In this document: piece after piece, positions 1 to 11,319 of the stretch
How the letters are laid out: each line of letters begins with the position of its first letter
Numbering within the stretch: position 1 is the first letter of the stretch
Source: Thecamonas trahens ATCC 50062
Taxonomy: Eukaryota > Protista > Apusomonadida
Direction: 5' to 3'
Assembly (NCBI RefSeq): GCF_000142905.1
Contig: NW_013657646.1
Coordinates: 326,531 to 390,530, forward strand
Length of the DNA stretch: 64,000 nt
Position numbers and translations under genes: made by a program
The notes under the pieces: model-generated
What the model saw: the letters and a program-made list of their open reading frames with translations, nothing else
Database searches by the model: none
Told to the model about the DNA's origin: nothing

Positions 1-266
1 TGGCCATGGAGGCGGCGGCGCGGGAGTCGCAAACGTTTGTCGGGACAAGTTGGAGCAGTGACGAGAGCTACGACGAGTTGGCAGGCGCGCCAACAGCGGA
101 ATCGGCCGAGGGAGCGGAGAGTGCAGGTATGGGTTGCGAGTCGTACTCTTACTCGACGCACACGCAGACGATGACAAGCGGCGGCAGCGAGAGAGGCGGC
201 GACGACGACCGGATCTCGTCGTCGTCGTACTTTTCGTCGCTCTCTCTAGTGCTGGATGACATGTAG
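1..266 (+). CDS. 3' end of an upstream gene (acidic/Ser-rich tail), probably 5'-truncated by the window edge
   Basis: Open frame to TAG at 264-266 with coding-like GC3. Converges on CFAP161 with an 18-bp gap. Confidence 0.5.
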   Translation, partial: AMEAAARESQTFVGTSWSSDESYDELAGAPTAESAEGAESAGMGCESYSYSTHTQTMTSGGSERGGDDDRISSSSYFSSLSLVLDDM

Positions 267-284
267 GGAGGGAGCGTTTAGCGG

Positions 285-1222
285 TTAGGGGTTGGGCTGC
301 GGCGGCTCGTCGTCCATGACGAGCGCCCAGTGGTTCTGCGGCTCTTCGGCCTTGTGTGTGTTGAAGAAGGTATGGACACAGACCTCTGTGGGAGCGCCCG
401 GGGCGGTGGACTTGCCAGTGGAGGCGAGGCAAGCGTTGGTGGCGCAGTGGCGGATGATGACGCGGCCGTTGGCTGGGACTGGATGGCCCTCGGCCTCGTC
501 GCGGAGGAGCGGGTCAAAGTGCTCGATGGTCCAGACAGAGGCGTGGGGGAAGGGCTGTGCAGCAGTGGCGTATACCTCCTGCAGATGCGAAGGTAGCGAG
601 AATGTTGTCGGGTTCTTCAGCCGCGAGGCAAGGGCAACCGGCTGCGGTGCGTAAGCCTCGTGCGAGACGAGGCGGATCTTGTCGCCGTAGCAGACGACCC
701 TGTCCGAGGCGACGTACTTGTGAGCCGGAACGATCTGAAAGACGGAGCGCGCCCGCGGACCCTCATGGGCTACGGTTCCGCATGCGACCTCCACGGCCGC
801 CACAGCAGCATCACCCTCGTTGTGAGCCTTTGCCAGCGCCAGCGCGCCGTTGACGTCCAACGAGGCCAAAGCGCCCGAGTGCTCTGCGTAGAGAGCGAGA
901 TAGGCACCCCAAGCAACAGCGCCCTGTGTAGAGGCCGAGACACCCGCCGGAGTCAAAGCCGCAAGTGACTGCGTCAGCCGCAGCGTCCCGGCCTCCTTCT
1001 TGTCCAGGAACTCACGCAGTCGCAGCTGTGTTCACGTCCGCCAAGGGCAATGTGAGTGAGGGAGGCGAGAGTGACCAACGGCTGCAGGGGGTGGCGAGGA
1101 AGGGGGATGGGGAAGGGGAAGGGGGTGGGGGTGGGTGGGTGGGTGGGGGGTACCTTTTCCAGCTCAAGGTCCTCGGACCAGTTTCCGATAAGCACCCGTG
1201 ACGAGTACGTGTTTGCGGCCAT
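285..1222 (-). CDS. CFAP161: Cilia- and flagella-associated protein 161; join(1222..1154,1025..285)
   Basis: Exon 1 MAANTYSSRVLIGNWSEDLELEK splices through a GT..CAG intron in frame to LRLREFLDKK. C-terminal motifs EGHPVPANGRVIIRHCATN and HTFFNTHKAEEPQNHW match CFAP161/C15orf26. Confidence 0.9.
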
Positions 1223-2529
1223 GGTGTGTGGGGTGAGGTGGGTGGGTGGGGTGTGGGTGGGTGGGTGGGTGGGGGGAGTCGTTGGCGGGGAAGTCGCTGG
1301 ATTTGGGGTAGACACACACGCACACTCACACACACACGCGCACGCATACATACATGCATGTATACATATACATAGATACATCAATGCGATGGCAACAATG
1401 GGTGGCATGGATGGCGAGTGTGGCGAACTTATCGCGTATCGGTTCGACTATTGCATGATGCTGATGCGATGGCCGATGACGGTCATCACACCCAGCACCA
1501 ACCATAGTAACTGCACACAACATCGATACAACGACGACTATATATATGAAACATATCCAACCTTGATCCCCCCCCCCCCCCCCGGTCCCTCTACCCCCTT
1601 TTTCTGCCCCCCAGCCCCAATCAGCTGCCGCCGTCCCGCCAGCCAAATGGCATCCATTGCCCGTCATTTCTGCTGAACTGGGCACACCTGTAGCCAGTTG
1701 CTCCAGACTGTGCTGCACCCATTCCCTGTGCGCACACCCCACGCCCCCCCCCCCTNNNNNNNNNNNNNNNNNNNNNNNNNNNNNNNNNNNNNNNNNNNNN
1801 NNNNNNNNNNNNNNNNNNNNNNNNNNNNNNNNNNNNNNNNNNNNNNNNNNNNNNNNNNNNNNNNNNNNNNNNNNNNNNNNNNNNNNNNNNNNNNNNNNNN
1901 NNNNNNNNNNNNNNNNNNNNNNNNNNNNNNNNNNNNNNNNNNNNNNNNNNNNNNNNNNNNNNNNNNNNNNNNNNNNNNNNNNNNNNNNNNNNNNNNNNNN
2001 NNNNNNNNNNNNNNNNNNNNNNNNNNNNNNNNNNNNNNNNNNNNNNNNNNNNNNNNNNNNNNNNNNNNNNNNNNNNNNNNNNNNNNNNNNNNNNNNNNNN
2101 NNNNNNNNNNNNNNNNNNNNNNNNNNNNNNNNNNNNNNNNNNNNNNNNNNNNNNNNNNNNNNNNNNNNNNNNNNNNNNNNNNNNNNNNNNNNNNNNNNNN
2201 NNNNNNNNNNNNNNNNNNNNNNNNNNNNNNNNNNNNNNNNNNNNNNNNNNNNNNNNNNNNNNNNNNNNNNNNNNNNNNNNNNNNNNNNNNNNNNNNNNNN
2301 NNNNNNNNNNNNNNNNNNNNNNNNNNNNNNNNNNNNNNNNNNNNNNNNNNNNNNNNNNNNNNNNNNNNNNNNNNNNNNNNNNNNNNNNNNNNNNNNNNNN
2401 NNNNNNNNNNNNNNNNNNNNNNNNNNNNNNNNNNNNNNNNNNNNNNNNNNNNNNNNNNNNNNNNNNNNNNNNNNNNNNNNNNNNNNNNNNNNNNNNNNNN
2501 NNNNNNNNNNNNNCCCCGTCCCCGCCCGC

Positions 2530-2530
<1 letters not shown>

Positions 2531-2560
<30 letters not shown>

Positions 2561-2569
2561 ACATACACT
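2531..2569 (+). repeat. (CA)n microsatellite just upstream of the kelch gene ATG
   Basis: Direct sequence acacacac... Confidence 0.9.
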
Positions 2570-2572
2570 ACT

Positions 2573-5500
2573 ATGGCTTGGAGTCTCTCTCGGGTCTCCA
2601 AGAACCCGTTCCCCCGTCTCGGGCACCTTGCTCTGGCAGACGCCTCGGGCTCCACCCTCTACTGCTTTGCAGGCGGCAAATGGCACGAGAACGATGACTC
2701 GGCTGCCCTCCTCCCCACGGCACCGCAGCATGCTGGGGCCATTGGCATCTCGCCTGTGCGCGTCTCAAAGCTCTCGCTCACAGGCCTCATGACCTGGCTT
2801 CGCCCGGGCCTCATCGGAAAGAAGCTCCCGTCGCTCGTCGCTGCCGCCGCCGCATGCATCGGTTCCAAGTTCTACATCTTTGGAGGGGCGCTGGCAAAGC
2901 CATTGTCGTCGTCGTCGTCGTCGTCGGTAGCGGCGGCATCATCGGGGACAGGCATGGGTGCAGGATGGCTCTCGGATAAGGTCTATGTGCTGACGTACTC
3001 GCATGACACGCCGACGTTCTCGGCGCCGAGGTTTGCGGGAAAAAACCCGAGCCGCGCATGATGCACTCGTTCACCGCTGTCGGCGACTCGATTGTGCTCT
3101 TTGGCGGTGTTGGGAGCGATGGCGAGGTCGTCGGAAACAGCACCTTTGTCTTTGACGGTGCAAAGTGGGCGGCTGCTGCGGCGTGCGACTCTGGGCCGGC
3201 GCGGAGGGCACACGCAGCTGTCGGGTGGAGCGCCATGGATGTGGTGGTCGTCTTTGGCGGCGCTGACGCGGCGGGAAAGCCGCTCGACGATGTCATGTTC
3301 TACGATGTCGGCGCTGATGCCTGGGTTGCGCCGGGCGTCTCGGGAACGGCGCCGTCGCCGCGATGGGGCGCCGCGGCTGCGTTTGCACCAAGCCTGCCGG
3401 TCTCGGGCCATGCCGGGCTCATTGTCTTTGGCGGGACCAACGGAAGCTCCCTGTTTGGGGATGCGTACGCGCTGGATCTCGAGGATCTGAAGTGGTCCAG
3501 GCTTACAGCCGACCGTGCTCCGGCGCCGCGGGCCTTTGCCACCCTCACCATCGTCAACGAGAACAAGGCCATTCTTCTTGGCGGCGCCATGGTGGCCGCG
3601 GAATCGTCGGTCAACAACAAAGTTGCAGTGCTCAACCTCGCCAAGCTCGGCGCTGAGCATCTCGGATCGAAGCCCGCGCCCGCGTCGGCTGCGGTTGCGG
3701 TCGGCTCCAGCTCGGGCACCCCCCGCGCAAAGGTCAGCGCGCCGCCGCCGACCGCCAAAAAGTCAGCTGCCGCGCTCAAGATTGCCTCGGCCATTCGGCG
3801 GACGAAGGCCGCACCTGCGGCCAAAACCACGCCCGAAGCCAAGGCCACGCCCGCGGTCAATCCTGTGCCTTCTGCTACCGCTCAGAGTGGCAACGCCAAA
3901 AGCGACGATGCCGAGATGGCGATGCAGCTCGCGATGCGTGAGGCCCAGCTCCGCAAGGTGGCCGTGAGCCTCAAGGAGGCCAAGGCCCGCGAGGCCGAGC
4001 TCGCGACTGAGCTCAAGGCAGCCCGTGGATTCGAGTCCAAGGTGAAGGCGCTCGAGCGACAGCTTGCGGATGCACAAGCTGCCGGAAGCGAAGCCGAGCT
4101 CAAGACCAAGCAGATGGCCAAGCTCGAGTCTAGGGTGGCGGCGCTCGAGAGCCAGCTTGTGGATGCACAGGCCGCCGGAAGTGATGCCGAAGCCAAGGCC
4201 GCCCAGGTTGCGGCGCTCGAGTCCAAGGTGGCGACGCTCGAGGACCAGTTGGCTGATGCAGAGGCTGCCGGGGCCAAGGCCAAGACCAAGGCCAAGCAAG
4301 TGACCAAGCTCAAGAAACAAGTCACCGAGCTGGAGGCCCAGCTCGCCGATGCAGCCAATGCCAAGGCCGTGCTGAAGAGGCGTCTGCGCTGAAGACCAAG
4401 GTGACGACACTCGAGAGCCAGCTTGCGGATGCACAGGCCGCCGGAAGTGACGCCGAAGCCAAGGCCGCCCAGGTTGCGGCGCTCGAGTCTAAGGTGGCGA
4501 CGCTCGAGGTCCAGTTGGCTGATGCAGAGGCTGCCGGGCCAAGGCCAAGACCAAGGCCAAGCAAGTGACCAAGCTCAAGAAACAAGTCACCGAGCTGGAG
4601 GCCCAGCTGCCGATGCAGCCAATGCCAAGGCCGGTGCTGAAGAGGCGTCTGCGCTGAAGACCAAGGTGACGACACTCGAAAGCCAGTTGGCTGATGCAGA
4701 GGCTGCCGGGGCCAAGGCCAAGACCAAGGCCAAGCAAGTGACCAAGCTCAAGAAACAAGTCACCGAGCTGGAGGCCCAGCTTGCCGATGCAGCCAATGCC
4801 AAGGCAGATGCTGAAGAGGCATCTGCGCTGAGGGCCAAGGTGGCAACACTCGAAAGCAAGGTCAACAGCCTCGAGTTGGACCTTGCAGCCAAGGACCGAA
4901 AGGTGGCGACGTTGGAGGAGCAGTCTGCGGGCATGGCTGCCCACGTTAGTGAGGTTGATGAGCTCAAGGTTGAGGTCACGCAGCTGAAGGCTGAGCTGGC
5001 CGAGACGATTGCCAAGACACAGGCTCAAGTCGATGACGCTGACGCACTGCGGACCAAGATAGCGGCACTGGAGCAGCAGCTGGCCGACGCCAAGTCTGCC
5101 GGCAGCGACTCGGCCGCCAAGGCCGAGCAAGCTGCTGCGCTGGAGAGCAAGGTCGCCGAGCTCGAAGCGCAAGTGGCTGCGACTAGATCGGCCGTCGCTA
5201 ATCTTGCCGACGTCGAGGCCTCGCTTGACGCCAAGTCTAAGCAGCTGGTGAGCGTCAAGAAGGAAGCTGAAAAGCTGCGATTCCAGCTTGAAGACGCGCA
5301 GGAGGAGGCCAAGGTTACAAAGGCGTCGGCAGCGGCACTCCAGTCCCGGACCGACAAGCTCGACCACGAGCTCGCCGAGCTGCGCGACTCAGCACGCCAC
5401 GCCGCCGCAGCCAAGTCATCAGCAGACAAGCTCAAAGCCCGAGTGGCCGAACTCGAGGCTGACCTGGCAGCAGCCACCTCAAAGGTGGCCACGCTGAAGA

Positions 5501-5862
5501 AGTCTTCGGCCGATGCTACCGCAGCCGCCGATCGTGTCGCCCAGCTCGAGGCCGAGCTCGCTGCCGCGCGCAACGAGGCCCGCCAGGCCTCTGCCTCAGT
5601 AGTCTCTCTCAAGGCCGAGCTCACCGCTGTTAAGAGTCAGGTTGCCACTGCCGAAGATGCCGAGGCCAGTCTTCGCCGCCAACTCGACGAGCAGCGCAAC
5701 GCCGTGCATGGCGCCGAGCGGGCTGCCGAGCTGGCCGGCACCCGGCTCAAGTCCGCCATGGATCTCGTGGCAACACTCGAGGACGAGCTTGAGGATCTCG
5801 AGGAGCGCACGCTCCTTGCCGAGACCAAGTTTGCCGCCATAGAAGCATCGCTGGCCGAGTAA
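2573..5862 (+). CDS. Kelch-repeat beta-propeller plus long repetitive coiled-coil protein; four apparent 1-nt deletions (~3055, ~4368, ~4537, ~4606)
   Basis: Kelch motifs FYIFGG, IVLFGG, VVVFGG, LIVFGG and AILLGG with PxxR-x-H motifs. The C-terminal half is A/E/K-rich heptads. Breaks are visible by comparing repeat copies. Confidence 0.8.
4030..4860 (+). repeat. Intragenic tandem repeats (~93-nt subunits within a ~267-nt higher-order unit) encoding coiled coil
   Basis: ctcgagagccagctt recurs at 4144 and 4410. gctgaagaggcgtctgcgctgaagaccaaggtgacgacactcga recurs at 4371 and 4636. The AKQVTKLKKQVTELEAQL block occurs three times. Confidence 0.9.
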
Positions 5863-6035
5863 TACGCACGCGCCCGTGTCGTGAGAGTTGAGCCTCGACA
5901 GCCTGCCAACTGTTGCCGATCGGAGAGTCGCCGAACGCGTGCCGACCCGGAATGACTCGACGTCGGCGGCGGCGGTGGCAAACAACACACGGCACACGGC
6001 ACACGGCACACGTCACACGTCACTCGTTCACCACC

Positions 6036-6664
6036 ATGGGCGCATCGCTGTCGACCGCACTCACGGGCAGCTGGGGCTTGCAATGCGGCTGGCTGACTTG
6101 GCTGACCGGCTGACTGGCTGGTGGGACGGGTGACTCGTGCATGTAGTGGGGGGGGGGGGGGGGGGGTTAGTGGAGGCGCGCGATGTGCGGAGGATGTATC
6201 GCAGGTACTGTAGGCTCAAGGGCGGCAAGCCTGTACTGACTCGGGCCGATGTGCTCAAGGTGCCCGAGCTGTCCATGAATCCGCTCATCGACGTCATTCT
6301 CTCTCTCTTTGACCCAGAGGCGACAGACCGCATCACCTTTCTGTCGTTTGTGGAGGTGCTCTCGGTCTTCCATGAGCGGGCGCCGGAGGAGTCCAAGCTC
6401 CGACTGGCGTTCTCGGTCTACGACACGGACCGCAACGGATACATCACCCGGGAGAACCTGAAGAACATCCTCCGGCTCATGGTGGGCGCAAATCTCTCGG
6501 ACGATCAGCTCGATCAAATCCTGGTCAACACCTGCTACGAAGTGTTTGGCGCAGAGCCCGGGCCCGACAACGACGCGCTGCACATTTCGTACGACGCGTT
6601 CGCCGACGCCGTCGCCGCCTCGGCCACAGGCGTCTCCACCAACATGACCATCAATTTTGGCTGA
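6036..6664 (+). CDS. Calcineurin B-like EF-hand protein with N-myristoylation start MGASLS; first intron ends at 6170, donor unclear
   Basis: PELSMNPLIDVILSLFD, KLRLAFSVYDTDRNGYI and LMVGANLSDDQLDQIL match the calcineurin B/CHP family. Confidence 0.85.
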
Positions 6665-8405
6665 GCAACGAGGCTGATGACGGCGGCAGCGGCATGTGTT
6701 TGGCCGGAATCCGCTCGCCGTTGACGGTGGTGAGCGGGAGTTCGGCCCACCACGGCTGCGAAGCCTTGGCGAGGTCGCGGGCGTGCGCAGCACGTGCCGC
6801 CGCGGACGTTCGCTGCCGCTCGGACACCTGCGGCTGCGCAGCGGCCATGGCCTGCAGTGAAAGCGAGCCGCTCAGCTCGGCAGCTGTCTGCGAGGCGGCG
6901 GCAATGAGCCCCGCTCGTCGCCGCTGGCCAGCAGCCACGATCGCAGCTCGGCGCTGGGCTGCACTGGTTGCGTCCTCGACCCGGACCCGCAGCTCGGCGA
7001 GCTTCTTGGCCGACGTCGGCCCAGAGACTGTCTTGTAGTGTGCGAGCTTGGTGCGGATGGCATCGTGGTGGGCCCGGAGCCGCTGCGCGGTCAGCGGCTT
7101 CCGAGTCGGGAGGCCGACGTCGGCCGGATCGGCCTCGGGCACCACGTTCTCGGCATCTGCGCCGTCACCTTCTCCCACGTCCGGCTTGTCTCGAGCGGCT
7201 CCGCTCGCCTGGGCCTTCCGCTCGCGGATGGCTTGAAGCCGCTTCCGCCACACCTGCTGGATGAGGATGGCGGCGCGGATTCGCTTCCACCCGCTCACCC
7301 TGTCGGCCGGAAGCTGGGCCACAAACTCAAGCTCTTCCTGCTTGCGCTTCAGCTCGCGCGCTTTGGCCTTGTGCTTGGTGGCAACAGTGGTCCACTGCGA
7401 GTCACGGCCGCGGGCGGCAGCAGCGCGCGAGGCCTCGATGCGGCCGCGCAGCTTGCGCTGGACCCGCACCACGTAGCTCTTAAGGAGCTTCCATGCCCGC
7501 CACGCCCGGTGGCTCCGCCACGCATTCTGTACAAGCCGAGCGGCGGCGGCAAGGTCGGCGAGCCGCTTCTTGGGCGAGTCGGCGGTTGTCACGTCGAGCA
7601 GCAGGCTCGCGTGACCCTCGACCTTGTGCGCGACCGCAGCGGCGGCGGCTGACACGTTGGCACGCATATAAAAGTCGCGCTCGTCCGACGAGGCCATGAC
7701 GAGCGCGGTGATGACGTCGAGAACCCGCATGAGAACTGAGGGATTGTGCGACGAGGCTAGCATGTCAAGGAGCATCGAGTCGGCGCCACCGTTGGCGTTG
7801 ACAAAGGCGCGGAGCGCGGCCGGCGACGAGGCCACAATCCGGCGAAGGAGGCGCAGGACGGCAGAGAGCGGAATCGGGTGGCGGAGGCGCGAGAGAAGCG
7901 ATTCAAAGGCGCGTGTCGATGCAGCATCACGAACAGCATGAGTGCGGACCGGGCCGCGGCCGCGACCAAAGCCTAGCACGTCCGAGACCGAGTGGATGAG
8001 TGCGGTGGCGACGGCCGGGAGTGGGCAGTCGGCGACGAGGCGCATGAGAACGGCCCCAAGGCGGCGGTCGGCAAGGTAGGCCGAGGCACGGCCAAGACCC
8101 GAGATGAGCGTGCCAGCAATGTGGACGAGCCGCTGCGTCACGTCCCAGCCAGTCTCGCTCCCACGGGCCTCTGCCGCGTCGGCGACAGTGTCAAAGACCA
8201 TGGCGGTGACGCCAATGTCCCAGGCCACCTGCCGCAGCCTGCGCATGGCCACAGCGCCAAGGCGGGCAAAGCCATGTCCGAGCACCTCCTCCAGCTCAAG
8301 AAGCGCATGCCGCTTAGTCTTGCCGCGGCGGCCACCCGCGCGCTGGCGGACAACTTCAAGCTCGCCACAGAGCGCATCAAAGGCAGAGGCGGTGGAGGAG
8401 GTCAT
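6651..8405 (-). CDS. IQCB1: IQ calmodulin-binding motif protein 1 / nephrocystin-5 homolog
   Basis: ARM-like N-terminal half, IQ motifs (AARLVQNAWRSHR, AAILIQQVWRKR), a coiled coil, and a C-terminal QPWW motif as in NPHP5. Confidence 0.75.
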   Translation of the reverse strand: MTSSTASAFDALCGELEVVRQRAGGRRGKTKRHALLELEEVLGHGFARLGAVAMRRLRQVAWDIGVTAMVFDTVADAAEARGSETGWDVTQRLVHIAGTLISGLGRASAYLADRRLGAVLMRLVADCPLPAVATALIHSVSDVLGFGRGRGPVRTHAVRDAASTRAFESLLSRLRHPIPLSAVLRLLRRIVASSPAALRAFVNANGGADSMLLDMLASSHNPSVLMRVLDVITALVMASSDERDFYMRANVSAAAAAVAHKVEGHASLLLDVTTADSPKKRLADLAAAARLVQNAWRSHRAWRAWKLLKSYVVRVQRKLRGRIEASRAAAARGRDSQWTTVATKHKAKARELKRKQEELEFVAQLPADRVSGWKRIRAAILIQQVWRKRLQAIRERKAQASGAARDKPDVGEGDGADAENVVPEADPADVGLPTRKPLTAQRLRAHHDAIRTKLAHYKTVSGPTSAKKLAELRVRVEDATSAAQRRAAIVAAGQRRRAGLIAAASQTAAELSGSLSLQAMAAAQPQVSERQRTSAAARAAHARDLAKASQPWWAELPLTTVNGERIPAKHMPLPPSSASLLSQN

Positions 8406-8522
8406 GGCGTCTGGGTGGGTGCGGCGAGGAGTGATCGATCGGGCGCCAAAGCGGCAACGGCAGGAAAAGGTCGTGAATTTCAAACGGGTGCCGTATGGCG
8501 CCAAGGACGGCACCACGCCACC

Positions 8523-9116
8523 ATGGAGGTGACGTCGATCCAGGAGCGGGTTCCGCTTGCCCACCAGGACCCTGGCTTGTTCTATGCCTTTCTCCCCCTC
8601 CAAGTCTTGCTCTATATCCATACCCGCTACTCGGTAGCCTTTGGTATACTCACCCTCGCCCTCCTCATCTACAAGGGTACGTTGCTGGGCGTGTGCTGGC
8701 CAACGGCGCGCCGCGGGCGCAAGCGGTGTGCAGGTCACCAAGGGTGTGCAGCACACGACAGTACGATAACGACTCACACGTGTATGGAGTGGATGTGGGG
8801 ATGCGGTTGTGTAGCGGAGGAGCTTGTCTTTCCGGACCATGCGCTGGGGGGCGAGTCGTTTCTCTGGGTCCTGTTCCTCACCCTCGAGCCGCTGAGGCTG
8901 TACGCGGGGTACATGGGCAACGCGGTGGCATCGGGCAAGGCACTCTTGGCCTTTGATGGCCTCACACTCCTTGTTGCTGCCATGCATGTCTACTGGCTCT
9001 GGTGGCAGGTCTGGGTCTTCCATCTCGACTGGATCCTCTCCTGGATTGCCATCACCCTTCTCTTCCTCGAGTTTGTCATGGCTTCAAAGGTCCTTGCCCA
9101 GGTCCAGAACAGGTGA
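8523..9116 (+). CDS. TMEM216: Transition-zone tetraspan protein, TMEM216/TMEM17/TMEM80 family; join(8523..8676,8815..9116)
   Basis: LPLQVLLY, LLIYK, EPLRLYAGYMGN and YWLWWQVWVFHLD motifs; four TM segments; GTACGT..TAG intron. Confidence 0.8.
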   Translation: MEVTSIQERVPLAHQDPGLFYAFLPLQVLLYIHTRYSVAFGILTLALLIYKGTLLGVCWPTARRGRKRCAGHQGCAAHDSTITTHTCMEWMWGCGCVAEELVFPDHALGGESFLWVLFLTLEPLRLYAGYMGNAVASGKALLAFDGLTLLVAAMHVYWLWWQVWVFHLDWILSWIAITLLFLEFVMASKVLAQVQNR

Positions 9117-9354
9117 TCCATCCCATGCCTCCCACCTACCACAGACTATGGATCTTGCATTGAACATGTGTGGTGTGGTGTGTGTTGATCAGCAGCGGTA
9201 TTTGATGTGATGTGATGTGATGTGATGGTGGGGCGTCGAGGGAGTCGGTTTGTTGTTGTCGCCAACGGGGCGAGGGGGAGTGGGTGCACTGGTGCTGGTG
9301 CTGGATGCTGGGTGGACGAGACACTGAACTCGTGCGCGACCCAAGGCAGCGACA

Positions 9355-10702
9355 ATGCCTGTGACGCCCACAGCTCGGTATGGCCTTGGAGGAGGTGGGG
9401 GTGGGGGTGGGGGTGGGGGTGGGGGTGGGTGGGTGGGTGGGTGGGGGGGGGGAGGGGAGGTGAGGTGCGGGTCAAGGCGACAGGCGAGGCAGTGGCGGTT
9501 GGTGGCGGGTGCGAGCAAGGCAGAGAGACTGGAGACTGGATTGGGCGGGGACTTATGCGTTTGGGGCTGTGGGCTTGTGTGAGAGGGGATGTAGGTCGTC
9601 GGTGCGTGGGAGAGGAAGAGGTGCAAGGAGGGGAAGGGGAAGAGGCTCGGCTGTAAGTGGACGATGTGGTGCGCGCAAGGCATGGGAGCGGGGGGCCGCG
9701 AGNNNNNNNNNNNNNNNNNNNNNNNNNNNNNNNNNNNNNNNNNNNNNNNNNNNNNNNNNNNNNNNNNNNNNNNNNNNNNNNNNNNNNNNNNNNNNNNNNN
9801 NNGTTTAGGGGGGGGGGCGATGACTGACAAGAGATGATGGATGGATGGGGCGTGGCGCGGGTGGGATGTGCTGATAGTCCAAGCGCGGACGGGGTAGAGG
9901 TCGGGCATCGGGACTGCGGGCGCGATCTACAAAGAAGGCGACGATCGGAGGCAAGAAGTCGAGCAAGGCCAGGGGGCGGGGAGGCGGACGGGGCAAGCGC
10001 GGGACGAGCAGAAAGCGTGGAGTGGGCCGGAAGCGTGGGACAAAGAAGAAGCGCGGCGCGGCCAAGAGACGACGTGGTGCGGCGGCGCGGAGAGCAGCGG
10101 CTGCGGCGGAGCGAGCTGGCCAGGAATCGCCGTCGGCGCGGCCGCCTGAGCCGCAGAAGGTCGTGGTCGAAGTGGTGCAGCAGCCGGCGACGCAAGCTGC
10201 GCCGCAGGTGGTTCACGTCGAGCCAGGGCCCGCCACTGAAGTTCACCACTACCACACAACCCGTGAAGTGATTGCCTCGCCGAGCGGGCCGGCTGGCGCC
10301 GAGCTAGAGCCGGTCATCGGGCAGGTGCGGTCCGAGTGGCGCTCCGAGCTGCAAAACATGACTGCGGCGCAGGAGGCCGAGGCGCTGCGGACACACTCGA
10401 CAATGCGCGAAATGGTCATGTCGGCGTCGGGACAAGCCGACTCGCTCGCGCTGCGGCTCTCGCAGATCGAGCTCGAGTCCAAGATGCGGATGGACGACGA
10501 GGAGGCGCAGCTGGAGGCGACCCAGCGCCAGGTCCGCGACCTCCAGACAGAGCTGCACAAGACTCACGAGGCAATGCAGGCGACCCAAACTGCCATGGTG
10601 GCGCGGGTGTCGCGGACCAAGCGTCTGAGCTGGACCCTCGCCGTCGCGCTCTTCCTCCTCCTACTCGCCCTCGCCGTCCTCACGTATGCCTACATCACAT
10701 GA
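9355..10702 (+). CDS. RG/K-rich N-terminus, coiled coil and C-terminal TM anchor; join(9355..9377,9595..9652,9878..10702)
   Basis: Phase-consistent GTATGG..TAG and GTAAGT..TAG introns give MPVTPTARSSVRGRGRGARRGRGRGSASKRGRGRG. C-terminal TM is LSWTLAVALFLLLLALAVLTYAYIT. Intron 2 spans a gap. Confidence 0.65.
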
Positions 10703-10841
10703 AAACAAAGATCCCTCCTTCCGGTGCTCAGCGACTAGGAAGGGCTCTGGCTTTATCGACCGTGATCAAACACGTGCTACAGCAGCAGTGGCTCAGCGGC
10801 TTGAGCCGGCAGCTCAGCTGAGCGGCTCAGCAACAGTTAAG

Positions 10842-11319
10842 TTAGTACGGATCGTCTTCATCGCGCCAGGGCAGGCCAGTCTGGAACGATCCAGTCGACT
10901 CAAACGGGCGGAGGACGCCGGCCTGAGCCGATGCCACAAAGTCGACGGCGTCTGCAGCCAGAATGTCCTCTGTTGCCCGCTCCCGCTGCGCAGCCGCCTC
11001 CTTGATGACCTTTTCCGACGGCGAGTACATAGTTGCGTTCTATACACCCATTACCTCACCATGTGTGAGTATGGCGACATGCTGTCCTTACTGACTGCCA
11101 TTGGCGCGCGCGGGGAGGGGGGGGGGGTTACGGCTGGCAGGCGTCCGTTGGCCGGACGGACGGGTTCGGGGGAAGGGGATGGAGGGCAGAGGAGGAGAGG
11201 AGGATGTGGATACGTACCGGAGGCATGGCAGCCATGGGCTCACGAGCAAGACCAACAGCAATGTTGGTGGTGACCTGGAACTTCTGGCGGATGTCGTCCG
11301 ACACGGATCCCGAGGCCAT
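10842..11319 (-). CDS. Small 99-aa protein, possibly PIERCE1/2 (DUF4490)-like; join(11319..11218,11039..10842)
   Basis: A phase-0 GTACGT..TAG intron joins two ORF halves. QVTTNIAVG and the C-terminal motif weakly resemble DUF4490. Confidence 0.55.

Noticed and set aside
282-296. Internal telomere-like GGTTAGGGGTTGGG
   Set aside because: A single unit coinciding with the CFAP161 stop codon; chance.
1326-2792. Long ORFs spanning N-runs (also at 27 kb, 41 kb, 45 kb and 51 kb)
   Set aside because: Artefacts of assembly gaps.
3050-3062. Separate overlapping genes (ATGA overlap) at the kelch frameshift
   Set aside because: The kelch motif PSxR-MMHSF is continuous if one base is added, so this is probably an assembly error.
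4360-4615. Programmed frameshifting in the kelch/coiled-coil gene
   Set aside because: Three single-base losses relative to sister repeat copies restore the frame in total, which is typical of a low-quality read in a repeat. No slippery heptamer is present.
8406-9023. N-terminal extension of the IQCB1 ORF and the 7992-8522 extension of the TMEM216 ORF
   Set aside because: These are antisense shadows of the opposite gene, not real bidirectional coding.
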